A stretch of 64,000 nucleotides of DNA from Octopus sinensis (GCF_006345805.1 NC_042998.1:165540001-165604000), one strand, 5' to 3'; counted from the stretch's first letter, positions 39,563 through 52,742 are shown. Notes: a model not told the origin generated them from the letters alone. Numbers and translations: made by a program.

Positions 39563-40246
39563 TTCTAGGTCTTTCATTTTTCAGATGTTCTTCCTAGAGA
39601 TAAGACAATTTTTTTCATGTTTGTTGCACACACTCATCTTTACTAGTACATACGCAGTGAAGCTATACGTTAGCGTCGTATTTATTACGTTCGCTATTTT
39701 CCAGTAAATATCGGTGCTTCGTTGTGCCATTTATTTACTTTTATATGTATAATTTTACCCTCACGGGCTATCCTTTACTGGAAAGCAATACTCTCGTATT
39801 GCATTACTATTTTCATTGAAACTTCTTCACTGTTCTCGTTCTGTTAACGTTTTGGCGTTCAGACAAGTGTACTGGCATAGATGTGGCAACATTTGAAATA
39901 TTGTCGAGGTATATGCAGCTGATGAAGATAAATCAAATATACGTTGGCAAACGTATTTTGAAGAATCTGAAACCGGTACTGCATTATCCGTTTCTAAGTT
40001 TTTCATTTTTCAGATGTTCTTCCTAGAGCTAAGACAATTTTTTTCATGTTTGTTGCACACACGCATCTTTACTAGTACATACGCAGTGAAGCTATACATT
40101 AGCGTCGTATTTATTACGTTCGCTATTTTCCAGTAAATATCGGTGTTTCGTTGTGCCATTTATTTACTTTTATATGTATAATTTTACCCTCACGGGCTAT
40201 CCTTTACGGGAAAGCAATACTCTCGTATTGCATTACTATTTTCATT
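39563..40246 (+). repeat. 429-bp unit in 1.6 tandem copies (255-bp direct repeats 39563-39817 and 39992-40246) carrying a hammerhead
   Basis: Constant 429-bp offset at both repeat ends; few substitutions. Confidence 0.93.
39913..39984 (+). ncRNA. Minimal type-I hammerhead ribozyme, intact core
   Basis: atgcag CTGATGA agat [tcaaa.atacgtt/aacgtat.tttga hairpin] atct GAAA ccgg TA^ ctgcat. Stem I 6 bp, extended stem II, palindromic stem III ACCGGT, predicted cut after 39978. Confidence 0.85.
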
Positions 40247-40417
40247 ATATATATATATATATACATATATATATTATTTATTATTATTTAATTGAAGTAC
40301 GTATATATATACATATATATACACACACATATATGTGTGTGTATGTATGTATGTATGTATGTATGTATGTATGTATACACCTCATCTTGAACAACTACCA
40401 ATATTATTTTCATTTCT

Positions 40418-40600
40418 AAGGCGACAAGCTGGTACAATCGTTAGCACGCTGGGTGAACTGCTTAGCGGCTTTTCGTACGTCTTTACGCTCTGAGTTCAAA
40501 TTCCGCCCAGGTCGACTTTGCCTTTCATCTTTCTGGGGTCGATATAATCGACTTGCCCTTTCCCCCGAAATTGCTGGCCTTGCGCCAAAATTTGAACCCA
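40418..40600 (+). mobile_element. SINE family A, central deletion
   Basis: aaggcgacaagctggtacaatcgttagc...gtcgactttgcctttcatctttctggggtcgatataatcgac. Confidence 0.8.
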
Positions 40601-41155
40601 TCGTTATTTTCAGTTGTTTCCGTCTGACTTAGTAGACAGCTTCATGCAAGACATCAACCGGTTACTGACACAAGTAGAAACGATACGACGATCTCTTAGA
40701 AAATGTACATATATATGAATACTTAAATAGGAGTTATATGAATTAATTCAACAGGGGAACATGGCTAATAGGAAACAGCTACTTCGAGTCAATTAGTATT
40801 CAACGATAATACACATGAATGCTCATTATGTGTAAAGCATGCCTCAATGTTACGCTGAGCAAGTATATAGGGTCTTTTCTACGCTTCTGTAATTCGCTGT
40901 CTGTCCAATGTCGACAGGGATCTTTCAGGAAAGCCACAAATGATGGCGCTTAAGCAAAAGGAAGTAAGACTTACAGCCATTAAGCAGATCGAGGTAATTT
41001 ATCATTTGCTCAAAGACCTTGCCGAAAGCTTGTTTGTTTATTTTATGAAAAGCACGAATTCACGTTGGTCTTATGTAATAAATATAATTATATATATTTG
41101 CATTGCATATAAGCTCTCATATATATATATCATATATATATATATATATATCATA

Positions 41156-41193
<38 letters not shown>

Positions 41194-41576
41194 GCAAACA
41201 CGAGAAAAACACATTTATGTGCGCACGCGTATGTGTGTGTGTATGAGGGTATGTATATATGAATATATACACATATATGTCTATATATATGTATATATGT
41301 ATTTACAGATACACATTCACACACACACACATAGTAATATATGCATGCTGGCACATGAGCGCGCACACCCTCGTGACTCTGTGTGTGTGTGCCTGTATGT
41401 ATATATGCACGCACATATAAATATACACGTGTGCGTGTGTATATATGTGAAAATGTGTATATTAATGTGTTTACGCTCATGTGGCGGCATATATATTTTA
41501 CGCGCATATATACCATACGTGTGTGTGTGTGTATGTGAGTGTGTTTGTGTGTGTGTATGTGTGTGTGTGTGCGTGC

Positions 41577-41627
<51 letters not shown>

Positions 41628-42467
41628 TGCGTGTGTGTGGAGAAAAGAGACAGATAATCTAGTGCAAAGGAAGCGCACATCTGACGTAGCATATTTAAAA
41701 AAAACACTCACTAATGTCATTATTATTGTTTATTACAAATTTAGGAACTCGGAGTTGGCAAGTTAAACCTCGTGGATAAATATTTCCATATGTGCTAGCC
41801 GGACCATGTCACCACCTTACAAGTTTTACGCTTCTTTCTTGTGTGTGTGTGTGTGTGTGTGTGCCCGCCGCGTGTTTACTTCTTCGCTCTTGCCCTCCTT
41901 TCTCTCTTGCCTTGTGAGTGTGTGGTGTGTTTCCTTCTTCCCCCTCACCCTTCTTTCTCTTTTGGCCTCTGTGTGTTCATGTGTCTGTGTGTGTGTCCGT
42001 GTGTGTGCCCGTGTGTGTGCGTGTGCGCGTGTGTGTGTCTTTCTCCCGTTATTTCATGCTGGTTTGTTCTGGTTTCCCTCACACTTTCTCTTTATCCCTA
42101 TCTCCCTCCTTCTTCCTTCTCCCTCCCTTTCCTGTCACCTTGCCGCTTCTCTCTCACTCTTTTCCTTCCTCTCTCCAGCTCTTTCCCAGGCTCTCTCCAT
42201 CTTTTCTTTCCTTTTCCCGCCTTTTAAGACTGCTTCTCATTTCAATTATCCCAACTCGTCGTCTGTTTCTCAAGCAATTTTGCTCATCGCATTTGTACAT
42301 CGGTATATATACATCTGTACATCAATGTACAAATGTCTCATGTATTCATATACATATGTTTGTGCGTGCGTAGATGCACACGGATACATGGGCATATGCA
42401 TATACATAATTGCATTAATGTCTTTTATCATCCTCATCATCATCATCATCGTCACCATCATCATTAC

Positions 42468-42500
<33 letters not shown>

Positions 42501-42574
42501 AATCATCATCATCATCATCATCAGAGTCCTGATGTAAACATCCGCTTTTCCATATTAGTATAAGTCGTACCAGA

Positions 42575-43050
42575 TTTTTTTCCCAGAACAAATTTTCAAC
42601 TCGTTGAAATTCCTTATCATCTTCTTAGCGATGTTCACATTGTTCGGACCAGTCTTCACCGCTGTTTCACATTTCTTACCCCGTCTTCTCTTGGTACTTG
42701 TTTACTCATTTATCATTCTCTCATAGACATCACGTCTCAACACCAACTTCGTCTTCACTCCCGCATACTACAGATGATACTTCTTATACCCAGATTTTTC
42801 ACCGAACTCTTTTTTTGCTGTTGTTCATTCACACTAACATTACACATCTAGCAGCGAATGTTCACCTCAGTATATAACCAGCCTTTGCACATCTCCGCAT
42901 TCATTGCCCATGTTTCGTTACCAAGCAATATTGCACTTCGTACACAAACATAATTCAGTTTATCCGCTCCCTCGTGAGAAAAGCTAGTTCTTACTTGCAG
43001 AGCTAATAGCCTTCTGAATTTCTTCGAAACCAATTTTATCACTACTTTAT
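42575..43050 (-). mobile_element. RTE-clade LINE, RT C-terminal fragment
   Basis: KKFRRLLALQVRTSFSHEGADKLNYVCVRSAILLGNETWAMNAE..EVNIRC*MCNVS matches the RTE motif LY..CVRS.+L+GSETW. Confidence 0.75.
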
Positions 43051-43573
43051 TTCCAGGTACCCTACTCCACAGTTAATATTTTTTTCTCAAGCCCTCGGAC
43101 TCATAGAGCTGATTACTCATTTTTCATGGCGTATAAGCAACCGAGATTACAACGCTCTCTCTAAAAGGGATGCCAATCCGTTGCAGAGTTCAAGGCCAGC
43201 AATTTTTGACGGGCGGGAGCAGGTTGATCACATCGACCTCATAATTTAACTGTTACTTCATTTTATCGATAAAACATTTTGTCCGACGTCCTAACAATTA
43301 TCAGCTCACTGCCTTCCACAACTGATTAGGTCACCCAAATATTAGATGTTAGGTATTTCTAGGAATCTTTTAGGCAGTCGGGGTAGTTCATTTCATGGTT
43401 ACTCTTATTGCTAGTAAACTGACAAGCACAGTCGGATTGACTGAGACGGATTTTGTATACAAAATCCTTTTCTGACAGTTTGTCGGTGTTCCCACTATAT
43501 CCTTCTGCGGCCATACTTTATTATATATATATTGAATATTGAACATATTCAATATATATATATATATATATAT

Positions 43574-43639
<66 letters not shown>

Positions 43640-44255
43640 CTACCAACAACTTTTTCTATATTCTGAACATATTCACTTCCCATATCACAGTAGAGAGCTG
43701 TCGTTCTTATATTAAGACCAACAAATAAATTTGCTGCGTGGGCTACGAACGATGATTCGGTGTCTGCAGCTGATGAAGCGTAGCGACGCAGAAACTAACA
43801 TTCTACGCTCTAATAACGTCATTCATAACCCAACAGGGTGCATTTTTGTACATATTGTTAATAAGAAGAATGCCTCTCCACTGACAGTTTATGCAGCGAA
43901 GGTCTTTCTACATTTGCGTGTACACAAATGTGTTAATTATCATTACACACACATTTTATTTTAATCATTACAGCTTAGTGTACAATTGATAAATAAATTC
44001 GAGTTTGACCAAGCTTGACACACATCAGCAAATTTATCGCTTACTATTCCGTTATCCTAATATAAGAATGACTGTCCTTAGTGGGCTATGAAGACGAAAT
44101 TTACAACAAAGCTATATATACAGGTGTATGAGAGTGAGTCTATTTAGCAGTATATATATATATATACTTCCGGTCATTCAAAATGTGACCGCGTGTGTAC
44201 CGTTGGCGATTTGTTTTCCTCCGTCTTCCCTTCTCTGGATCTTTCCTTTTCCTGT

Positions 44256-44290
44256 GTTTCTGACGAAGAGCTCCGCTCAAAACGTTAAAC
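44256..44290 (+). ncRNA. Degenerate hammerhead motif (G12A)
   Basis: gttt CTGACGA a gagc tcc gctc AAAA cg TT^ aaac; stems intact, GAAA changed to AAAA. Confidence 0.55.
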
Positions 44291-44989
44291 CCTCCTTCTT
44301 CCCTTCCTTCCTGAGCCTCTAATAATACTATATTTGTTCCACGTCCTCGCGTTGTTGTGTTTTCTCTTTGTGTTTTCATGTTTGGATTAACTTTATATAT
44401 ATATAAGTGAAGAGATGACAAAGAATTAAACGATTATCTTATGAAATTCTACACTAACGAAGTTCTTAAGAACTTTGTCATCTCTTTTCTTTTCACTGCT
44501 CTGTACTCGACCTAACGCTTCGTTCAGAAGCATACATATATATATTGAGTTTTACATCAGGTTATTAGTGTCACAATTATTTCCTTGTTGGTTTTAAATT
44601 GCTGCTAGTCACCTTGATTATTTTATAATTTCCACATTCCCACTTTGTGAAATCAGTCACTGATTCCAATGGCATTCTCCATAATATTGACAGGGTGAGT
44701 TGGCCTTTACCATCTGTGATTGAGTAAACATTATTGATGAGAATTAATTTCCTATACGAAATCACCAAGCTAATCTAATGCATCTCGCTCAGAGTGGGAA
44801 GAGTTTTCCCCCTGTCAATATAAAGAGACCACGTGCTTTTGTGGCTCCTATTTCTAGCAATGCTGGTGAACCCTTGTCACTCTTAGTGACGGTGAATTAT
44901 TTCCTTGTTGGTTTAAATTACTGGCTAGCCACCTTGATTGCGTGTGTGTGTAACTTTACAACTTATGTCTCATTACAATTAAAAAAATT

Positions 44990-45836
44990 TATAATTACAG
45001 AATGCTTAAAGAAGTCCCTTGGATGGCGACCACAGCGGGCTGTTGGTTGGCCCACAACAGGTCCTATATGGGGGTGGCGGCACACTGGCTGGACCCCAAG
45101 ACCCGCACGAGACAACACGCCGTCCTGGCCTGCTCTCGACTCAGAATGTATCACACCTTTGATGTTCTTGCTCAAGCCATTGTGGACACGACGGACAACA
45201 GCAAAAACTTTGTTGTGGCATTTATGCATTTTGGTACAGAAGTTAAACTCTTGCCAGACATTCCTGAGGCTGCTGCTCATCCGGAAATGGAGGGCGTCGA
45301 GGATGTGGACCTGGGCATGAATCCCGAGGCTGGGAATGTCGACGAAGTTGAGGACAAATTCTGTTGATGCCATCCTTGACGAGTCCAGTGGCCTGGGCCT
45401 AAACCTGCCTGTGCACATGTAGTACGCAGCCCATACCTTCAACTTGGTAGCCAGTGTCGATGCCGACAAGTCGCTTGATAGTGCTTCATTCAAGTCGGCC
45501 TACAGGAAGGCCATGTCCAAGGCACAGCGGCTGTGAAATTTGCAGAGCCGTAGCACGGTGGCGGCTAACAGCATTCTAGACGCGTTGAAGAGGCGGCTGG
45601 TGGTCTCCAACAGTACCGGATGGAATTCTACAAGTGACTCTGTTGTTGTCCTCAGAAACCCGCTGGAGAGGAATAGGGGGTACTGTCCATAGGATGATGA
45701 CACAGCTGAAGCTGCAGACCTTCACTGATTCTATTGGCTTCCTACTCTAATATGTTGTCTAATGTTGCCAAGCTCTTGGATAAGTTTCGCCAGTTCTATC
45801 TATCTATCTATCTAGCTATCTAGCTATCTATATACA

Positions 45837-45882
<46 letters not shown>

Positions 45883-46609
45883 CTATATATATTATACTGA
45901 CGGGAACAGTATAATAACAGCCAGGTTAGCAAAGTAACGAACGCCATGGAGACCGTCTTAGAGACAGCACTAACGGAGACCAATGAGGAGGGCAGCAACA
46001 CCACCAGCAATGAGGATGAGGAAGATGATTTCTTCAGCAACAGCATTCGGTTCCGGGAGATCAGGAACCACAGATCCCTGAAATCCAAGGTGCAGAAATT
46101 TGTGAAGACCTGGCTGGAAGCCGTCTCGAAGGAGGTCCCAACTGAAGTCACCCTTTTTTGGTGAGCAGGTCTTGAATGACCTATTCATCAAGTCGATCCC
46201 ATCCAGTGCTGTAGTTGAGCGCCTATTCTCTATAGGCAAAGATATTTTGAGGGCCAAGAGAGGTACCCTGTCAGATGATAACTTTGAGAGGCTGATGTTT
46301 ACGAAGGGCAACCAGCATCACGTCGAGGCGATGGAGAAGGCCCAGCCAGAGTAATACATATTGATCATCATCTGATCTTGGCATGATATACCTTTTTTGG
46401 AAAGCTCTATGTCTAGGCTACAACATGAAAATTTCAGCTCCTTGGTCTGTTTTTAGGGAGGTTAGAGCCCAAAAAGCAAACCGAAACTGAATTCATACAA
46501 TAAAAGTTAGCGATTATCAGTTAGCGTTAGCTTCTGCTAATTTTTTCACCTGTTTAGCAGTTTAACGTTTGCGAAGCTAACTTTTTGGTTAGCTATACCC
46601 ACCACTCTG
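44990..46609 (+). mobile_element. Decayed hAT transposon (transposase remnant plus right end)
   Basis: TTAGCW..SYMGVAAHW, TTDNSKNFV, YAAHTFNLVAS, TGWNST, PSSAVVERLFSIGKDILRAKRGTLSDDNFERLMF (dimerisation domain); subterminal gttagc/gctaac motifs; terminus ..cccaccactCTG at 46609. Left TIR not found. Confidence 0.88.
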
Positions 46610-46677
46610 TGTGTGTGTATGTGCGCGCGTGTGTGTGTGTGTGTATGTGTGTGTGTGTATGTGTGTGTGCGTGTGTA

Positions 46678-46789
<112 letters not shown>

Positions 46790-46815
46790 TGTATGTATAT
46801 AGATAGCTAGATAGC

Positions 46816-46899
<84 letters not shown>

Positions 46900-48522
46900 G
46901 TAGTGATTTCTGACGTCTACATATTAGTGGGTGGTTCATGATCAATTCACATAAATTTAGTTCCTCAAATAATACTTTATTCGTCGAACACGAATGCCAC
47001 AACCATGGATTTATTGACACTCCATTTCTTTCAGAACTTGAGCAGCAAACAACCGAATATAGGGGAATCGAAATCAAACATTATGAATCCGTCTGTCACA
47101 CCTCTTTGTGTCCATTTACAACCATTATGTCCCTATAGAGTAGGACTATAGTTTTGAAAGGAATAAACTCATATTTTTACCTTTTTTTTTTTTGTTTTTC
47201 AAATCCCTTAACTGAATGTTTGTAACGACCGAACGCTTCACTGGTTACAGTGAAACTGTTTTTGTATCTGCAATTTTTTTCTCTTTTTTCTCGATTGTCA
47301 TTAGTGTTCATTAATCCCAAATTTGTTTTATTCGAGATCCGAAATTCTTTCCATAGAAAATAATATCAGATTTTTAGCTTGAGCTGATCGGTCCATTGCC
47401 AAAATAAATGAATGAAGGAAATATATGAATCAAACTGCGAAATATTCCAAGTATTTCGGCAATCTAAGTATTATGACAACTATGGCGGAGATTAACAAAT
47501 GTGAGAGAAATAATGAGAGTAGAGAGATTGGGTGGCGGAGGGGGTCCATATAGGAAAGTATTAGGAAGAATAAACGAAAAGAGTAATAGAGGGGATAAAG
47601 AAGGAAGGAAGCGGGAGAAAGAAGGAAGCAAAGAGATGATGTCAAGGGAGAAGTGAGATATTGGGAAAATTAGGAGACCAAGGAAAATGCAATCCGAAAA
47701 TGAGAAACAGAGAGAAATAGAGATGGAATTAAAGAGACCGCCAGACATAGAGACGAAGAGAGAGAAACAGAGACAGACAGACAGACAGACAGACAGAGAC
47801 GAAGACAGGGAGGAAGGAAGAGAGAGAAAGTGAGAGAGAGAGAGAGATCCATTAAGTTTGAAGGAAAGAGGATTTAGAGGAATAGGGAAGTGAAAATGTA
47901 ATCAGGGAAAACGAAAAAGATAAAGAGGTAGAAAATATGTGTGTGAAAGAGGTATGAACGGGCAATAAGAGATGTCATAAGAGAATGGGAAGGATTTAAA
48001 CGAATTAGAATGACATTGTAACAGAGAGAGAGAAAATAGGGAGTAGGGAATAAGGGTAGTGGATTGTTAATATGTCATTGAAAAACATGAAAAATATCTT
48101 ACATTATGAAACACAATCTCTACACACGAACACGCATGCACGTGCACACACGCACATTCTCGCACACACGCAAAGACAATTTGCATATGAATACGCGCTC
48201 ACATATACACAACAAACAGGTACAAAAACACACAGAAATAGTATGTGCGTAGATTCGTGTATAGAAATATACATATACAAAATAAAGACATTCATACAGA
48301 CGCGCAATGTATATACACACACAGTCACGCATACAAACACACACACACACACACACGCACACACACATACACACACACACACACACATACATAATCAAAG
48401 GTGCAAAAATGGCGTACTCCAAATGACTTAAAAGGTAGCGCAATCCAAGAGTAGAGTAAGAAATCCATAAATCAGGTACTCCAAATTAGTCGGAAGGACG
48501 TGGACGGTCTGTGTGAGCGTGC

Positions 48523-48561
<39 letters not shown>

Positions 48562-48784
48562 GTTATAGTATTCAATAGAATCTAGGCACATCAACATATA
48601 GGACGCCAGAAATGGCTAGGTGCAATAATATTGGGTCCACAGTGAGGTAAAACAACCACGAAGGTATCAGGTGTTGGTAGGGTTTTGTAGATATGTTAGT
48701 ACCAAATCCAATTTAAGCTGTAGATCCAACTCGGGGCTGGTTTTAGGTGAGGCGTAGGTATAAAAAGGAACATAAATGGGGCTT

Positions 48785-48871
48785 AAAATTTACAACTGTT
48801 TCGGTAGAATTTTATTGTGGTGTTCATAGATTACATCATAACATTACTCCACCATCTTCAGGTAAAATTTT
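48785..48871 (-). ncRNA. Type-I hammerhead ribozyme motif, intact core, GUU site
   Basis: Minus strand: aaaattttac CTGAAGA t ggtggagt ... attctacc GAAA cag TT^ gtaaatttt. Stem II 8 bp (2 G-U); stem I 5 bp, bulge, 4 bp. Confidence 0.7.
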
Positions 48872-49134
48872 AAACTGATGTCAAATAGGTGAGATAATAC
48901 ATCAAACATGACGAATCCAACATCATTGGATAAGTAGCATTTTGAAAGATAATATTCCAATTTAAAGAAAAATTAGAATGAATGGCTGAACGGGCATGTG
49001 AGAAACAGAGAGATCAAATGACTATATTATTTCAAATACTTATCTAAATTAATATATAATTAATAGTGGCTATCAGAACATACAAGAATCACTGGATATC
49101 TTTGGCATGGCTACAGCATGTCTTATTCGTCGAG

Positions 49135-49245
49135 GATGATAGGTGAAGTCGAGTTCGGCGGCGTTTGAACTCAGAACGTAAAGTCGGGTGAAATACCACC
49201 AAGCATTTTATCTGACATGCTAACGATTCTGCCGGCTCACCGCTT
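49135..49245 (-). mobile_element. SINE family A 5' half
   Basis: gtcgagttcggcggcgtttgaactcagaacgtaaag...ctaacgattctgccggctcaccgc. Confidence 0.75.
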
Positions 49246-49929
49246 TCTGTTTCCATAAATATCAGCAAGTTTCAAGGACAGCACTACGGGGTTCTGGAGT
49301 TGAAACGAGAAGTATATGTTGCTCTCGTGTTCAACTACATGTTGTATGCGCAAACACCAAACCACAGAACAAAAGATGTCTTCCTTAGAAATCTTGGCGA
49401 ATGAAACTCATTCCTGAAAGAATTGTTCCTGTTGTAGGCTGTTCCTTACCAGTGCAGGAACACCAGAAGGTATATGCAAAATAAAGCATAAAGATGGTAT
49501 TTTCTTATGTCACAAAATCAAAATGAGCAATAAACACAGTCTCAGAAGCTTCTATACAGAAGCCTGGAAAATGCATTACAATAAAATACAATTAGAAAAA
49601 CATAAATTCTTGCTATAGATTAATTCATTTGGTTTAACAAAAATGAAAACTGTTTCTACCTATTTTTGTACTCGGGGAACGCCGAGAGCTTCAGCTAAAC
49701 TGAAATAAAGGAAGAAGCAGAGAAGTAAAGTAAGCAACGGAAAATGAAAGACAAATAAATGACGAACACGAACGGTAAGAGAGAGAAAAAAACAACCAAT
49801 GGGAGAAAGTTGTAGATTCAATAATAGAAAGAATGAAATGCTAAGTGAACAAAAGAAAGAACATGGAAGATTATAAAGTATGAGTAAAAGAAAGAAGAAA
49901 AGACAAGATACAAAGAAAGTAATATATGC

Positions 49930-49960
<31 letters not shown>

Positions 49961-51089
49961 CATGTATGTATGTGTGTGTGTATGTGTGTATGTATGTATG
50001 TATGTATATATGTATGTATGTATGTGTGTGTGTGTATGTGTGTATTTATGTGTGTGTGTGTATGTATGTATGTGTCGTTGTGTGTAGACAAAAAAAATAA
50101 GTAGGAAGTAAAATGAAAGAACTGTTGAAAGAAAAGAAAACAGACTGTAACAGACGTAAAGTTAGAAAGAAATCTGAAATGTAACAAAGGAAGTGGATCC
50201 AATATATTAGTATCCAAAACGCCTTCCTCTTTTAAGACTGCACGATGTGATTTTACTGCTATCTCTAGCCTGTTCAGCGACCAGGCGTTGATTAGTGTAG
50301 TTTGTTTTGCATACACAATGTCCAAAGAAGGATGAATTTGTCATAGCTAGAACGCTTTGTATTTTATATTTCCTTGATCAGCGCTGACCTGGGGCAACAA
50401 GAACAATAAAGCAACAAAGGAGCCATTGTGCATTGCTCGACCTGCTAAAAACTACTAACTAAACCTGCTTGAATCACTTCAAACGTTGTAAAGAAAGGAA
50501 TGTCACATTGAATAACGTAGAAGATGACAGGATGGGCAGGGCTGGAACGTCCTTGATCACAGGCATGCTCAGTCAGGATAAACAGCAATAATAACCATAT
50601 CTATATAACTAAGCAGATAGTACATGTGATTCCTACTAGTGAGGGCCGTTAATATAACGGAGATAACCATTCTCTCACAACATGAAGCAGGATTAGAAAT
50701 TTGTGACTGAAATTAAGGAAATGAGAGGAAAATTTGCATAGAATTTACATTTTTAGTTATTTTTATGTTTTATTTATTTACCTACTTTTTGCGAAGTTCT
50801 TACAATTTCTAGTTACGGTAATCGTGTATTGCACTATTTCATTCTTTTTAGAAACTGACACCATGACATAAGCAGTGATAATTATATAGTAAAACTAATT
50901 GCTAGAGTTAATCAATGATATGGATTTCAGCGTAACTTTCTATTGGGTTATCCCTAATACTCGACTTGGTTAATTGCACCCAATGAGGTTGATGGCAAAG
51001 CATATTCTAGAAAATTGAAAGGACAATAAAAAAAAACGTGTTATAGTGATATAAACGTAATAGTTAGGTCTTGATATTACTCATAGATT

Positions 51090-51255
51090 TAAGGCGGTGA
51101 GCTGGCAGAATCGTTAGCGTTATTTCGTCCGTCTTTACGTTCTGGGTTCAAATTCCGCCGAAGTCGACTTTAGCTTTCAACCTCTCGGGGTCGATATAAT
51201 CGACTCTCCCACCACTTATAATTGCTGGCCTTGTGCCGGGATTTGAAACCAATAT
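51090..51255 (+). mobile_element. SINE family A
   Basis: aaggcggtgagctggcagaatcgttagc...gtcgacttt...ggggtcgatataatcgac. Confidence 0.8.
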
Positions 51256-51404
51256 TACCGTGAATTTATCCTGTCGAAAAATATATTCTTAAAATATTTA
51301 CGATCGCATCCCAGCGACAAGTCTTTCTCTACAAGGTCAGAAGATGCTTCATTTCGCCCCCCCCCCCCACACACACACACAAATTATCGATATTCCACAA
51401 AGCA

Positions 51405-51800
51405 TGGTTTTGTGGTTTAGAAGCTCGCTTTGTAACCACGTGCTCTCGAGTTCATTCGTACTGCACGGTGTCTTGAGCAAGTGTCTTTTACTATAACCCC
51501 ACCCGACAAATGTCATGTAAGTGAATTTGATAGACGGAAACTATGTGAAAGCCAATCGTATACATGCATGTGTGTGTGTGGTGTGTGTGTGTGTGTGTGT
51601 GTGTGTGACTTTGTGTTTGTGTTTCTTCCACCATCGCTTCACAACCGGCGCTGGTTTGTTTACACACGCTTAACTTAGCAGTTCGGCAAAAAAAAACGAC
51701 AGAATAAGTGCCACACTTTAAACTTAAATACTGGGGTCGACTAAACCGTTCGAGGCCTTGCTCCAGTATGACCAAATGACTAAATAAAAGTGAAAGATAA
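51405..51800 (+). mobile_element. SINE family B, complete layout (head, body, internal (GT)n, tail)
   Basis: Same module order as 9505-9860 (-). Confidence 0.7.
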
Positions 51801-51979
51801 AAGATTAAGGCTCAGGTGAGGCCCGCCGTGGCTTCCACAACTCAGACAGAGCTTCTAATGCACACATAGTGCTGGCACTCCGTCGGTTAGGAAGACGCGG
51901 GTTCCATTTGGCCCCATCAATGGAACAGCCTGCTCGTGATATTAACGTACAAGTGGCTGAGCACCCCACAAATACCCAT

Positions 51980-52035
<56 letters not shown>

Positions 52036-52094
52036 ACACACACACACAGAGAAAACACACATACACAGACAGTACTTGTCTCATAAGATTCTTG

Positions 52095-52545
52095 ATAATT
52101 TTATGCAGGAAGACAATATGGCAGTATCGTTAGCGAAGAAGAAATGCCTAGTGACATTTCTTCCGGTGCTTTACGTTCTGAGTTTAGATGCTGCCAAGGT
52201 CAATTGTACCTTTCATCCTTTCGTAGTTGATAAAAGTTCAGTTGATCACTGGAGTAGAAGAAATGCTACCCCACTCTCACAAAAAATTCCAGGCTTTGTT
52301 CCTATAGTGGAAAGAACTATTCTTTGGGAGAGCCAATACGGTGAGGTGATAGAATCGTTACCATGCCGGATAAAATGTTTAACATTTCTTCCGGCTCTTT
52401 TCGTTCTGATTCAGATACTACCGAGGTCGGCTATGTTTTTCATCATTTCAGTATCGATAACATGAGTACTAGTTGAGCACAAGGGTCGATGTAATCGACT
52501 TACCATTCCTTCACGATTGTTGGCTTTGTTCCAAAATTTGAGACC
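52095..52545 (+). mobile_element. Two tandem diverged SINE A copies
   Basis: Cores at ~52200 and ~52430. Confidence 0.7.
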
Positions 52546-52547
52546 AT

Positions 52548-52742
52548 TACGAGGAGGTGCTGAAAAGTTCCTGGCTTTAAATGAATCGCGAAAGGCCTGG
52601 TTGGAGGCCCAACCTTCCGAGTTCTTTCACAGAACTTACAGAAACTGAAGGATTGCTGCAATGAATGTGTGAATGCGAGAGGGGAATATGTTGAATAAAA
52701 TCATAATTAACTGGTCCTCCTGTATTTTCTTTTAGCCTCGTA
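52548..52742 (+). mobile_element. Mariner-derived MITE
   Basis: TA|CGAGGAGGTGCTGAAAAGTTCCTGGCT left TIR; internal remnant of the transposase C-terminus (..ECVNARGEYVE*); right TIR shortened to agcc-tcg|TA. Confidence 0.7.

Noticed and set aside
43522-43562. 18-bp AT-rich hairpin
   Set aside because: Half of each arm is (TA)n, which is self-complementary; a trivial slippage or template-switch product.
44790-44800. CAGAGTGGG as possible left hAT TIR
   Set aside because: Only a partial match to the right end and lacks the gctaac subterminal motifs.
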